Assembly: GCF_036321535.1 (NCBI RefSeq)
Contig: NC_087447.1
Coordinates: 23,684,001-23,748,000 of the forward strand
Reading direction: 5' to 3'
From: Camelus dromedarius
Taxonomy: Eukaryota
Length of the DNA: 64,000 nucleotides
Shown: positions 62,740 to 64,000 of the stretch, in pieces
How the letters are laid out: each line of letters begins with the position of its first letter
How positions within the stretch are numbered: position 1 is the first letter of the stretch
The notes under the pieces: model-generated
Seen by the model: the letters and a program-made list of their open reading frames with translations, nothing else
The model's database searches: none
What the model was told of the DNA's origin: nothing
Made by a program: the position numbers and the translations under genes

Positions 62740-63170
62740 CAAATATTTCTTGAATACCTTCTATGTGCCAGACACAGTTCAAGGCCCTGGAAATAACTGT
62801 TGTGAATAAAAAAACATAGTCCCTGTATGCTTAGACCTTATAAACTAGTGGCAGAGACAGATAATAAACAAGCAAGTGCATTTACAATATACCATTACTT
62901 AGCAATAAGTGCTGTGAAGGAAAATAAAGCAGGGGGAGGTGACAGAGTGGCAGAGGGGAGAGTCAGTGCTGCTACTGATGAGGTGGTCAGAGATCTCTCT
63001 GCAGAAGTGACGTCTGATAAGAGGTGTGAATGACATGAAGGACTAGACAAACGGACGTCTGGGGCAAGAGCCTTCAGACAGAAGGCAGAGCAAGTGAAAG
63101 AGCCTGGGGCTGGACCATGTTTCCTTATTTAGGGAACAGCACAGAGGCGAGTGTGGCTTGTGAACCATGG
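62740..63170 (-). mobile_element. L2 LINE fragment
   Basis: AAATATTTCTTGAATACCTTCTATGTGCCAGACACAGTT...AAGTGCTGTGAAGGAAAATAAAGCAGGG. Confidence 0.7.
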
Positions 63171-63239
63171 GGAAGGTTAGGGAAGAAGCCAAAAGGCCAA
63201 AAATAATGGAGACACAGGTAGATAAGACTAAATACATTT

Positions 63240-63365
63240 TTAAAATTTATTTTTCTTGAGGGGAGGTAATTAGGTCTATTAAATTATTTATTTTTAGAGG
63301 AGGTGCTGGGAATTGAACCCAGGACCTCGTGCATGCTAACAATGTACTTGAGCTGTACCCTCCCC
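63240..63365 (-). mobile_element. Camelid tRNA-derived SINE with small internal deletion
   Basis: GGAGGTGCTGGGAATTGAACCCAGGACCTCGTGCATGCTAA; TSD ACTAAAT(A/T)CATTT at about 63227 and 63367. Confidence 0.85.
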
Positions 63366-63559
63366 AACTAAATTCATTTACTTATTCATCGTATCTTCCT
63401 ATCTTGGGTGAACCAATGCTGGGTACTATAACAGACACAAAATGAACCAGAAATCTTTGCCTCTCATAGTCACTCTCACCATCGGAAACTTGGAGAGATT
63501 AATGAAAGAGATGATATTTACAAAAAGACTGTCAAATTACTGTGCTTGCCATGCTCAAA

Positions 63560-64000
63560 GAGAGAAAAATTGAACTTAAAACATGTCGGCATCAACTAGA
63601 AAAAAATCATTGTTAATTTGAGAACAGAATCAAAAAGAAATTCTAGAATTCTAATATTTAAAAACTCAATAATCAAAGTAAAAAATTCAACAGATGGGTT
63701 TAATAACAAATTCGACACACGTAGAAGTATACAGAGAATTAATGAACTGAAAGGTGGGTCAGGAGAAATTGTCCAGAATGAAGCAGAAAGGGATGAAATG
63801 ATGGAAAATTAAAAAATTAAAAGAATACAGTGAGCAGACTTCACATTTTTTTTTCAGGAATACTAAGAGGAGAAGTTAGAAAAAGAATAGCAGAATAATT
63901 GCCTAAAAATATGGAAGGAAGGGAAAAAAGGTAAGAGCAAAAATTTATGAAATAAAAAAATACAATGAACAGTATTAAAAAGGTCAAAATTTGGCTCTTT
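63560..64000 (+). mobile_element. Ancient L1 ORF1 remnant, runs off the window
   Basis: A-rich AAAAATTCAACAGATGGGTTTAATAACAAATT...AGAATTAATGAACTGAAAG...CCAGAATGAAGCAGAAAG; disrupted. Confidence 0.55.

Noticed and set aside
1-64000. A novel multi-gene, CRISPR-like or prokaryotic system
   Set aside because: The window is a single mammalian gene plus intergenic DNA. There are no repeat-spacer arrays, operons or intact transposase/RT ORFs, and the remaining listed ORFs are short and behave as chance ORFs.

Overview
Mammalian genomic DNA, very probably a camelid: five copies of a tRNA-derived Vic-1-like SINE and no ruminant Bov-A/Bov-B elements seen. The left ~36 kb holds the 5' part of EHF (ETS homologous factor, ESE-3) on the minus strand. 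Non-coding exon 1 has its donor at 35776 and its TSS region in an N-gap. Coding exons 2-7 are at 15318-15417, 11231-~11476 (Pointed domain, partly in an N-gap), 8952-9014, 6241-6309, 6056-6124 and 626-685. The ETS-domain exons lie beyond the left edge. The right ~28 kb is upstream intergenic DNA with MIR, L2, old L1, hAT-Charlie MITEs, LTR remnants, microsatellites and candidate enhancers. I found no novel protein-coding system, no RNA gene and nothing prokaryotic. The best observations concern EHF itself: (1) a disabled counterpart of the human long-isoform first coding exon, (2) a single-AG exon 7 acceptor removing one residue, (3) a 3-codon uORF formed at the exon 1/2 junction, with alternative donors that would remove it, and (4) three N-gaps that all hit functional elements. 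There is also a twin-primed L1 insertion and a 137-bp duplication in which one copy has grown a microsatellite. Comparisons with human EHF and repeat consensus sequences are from memory and need verification.
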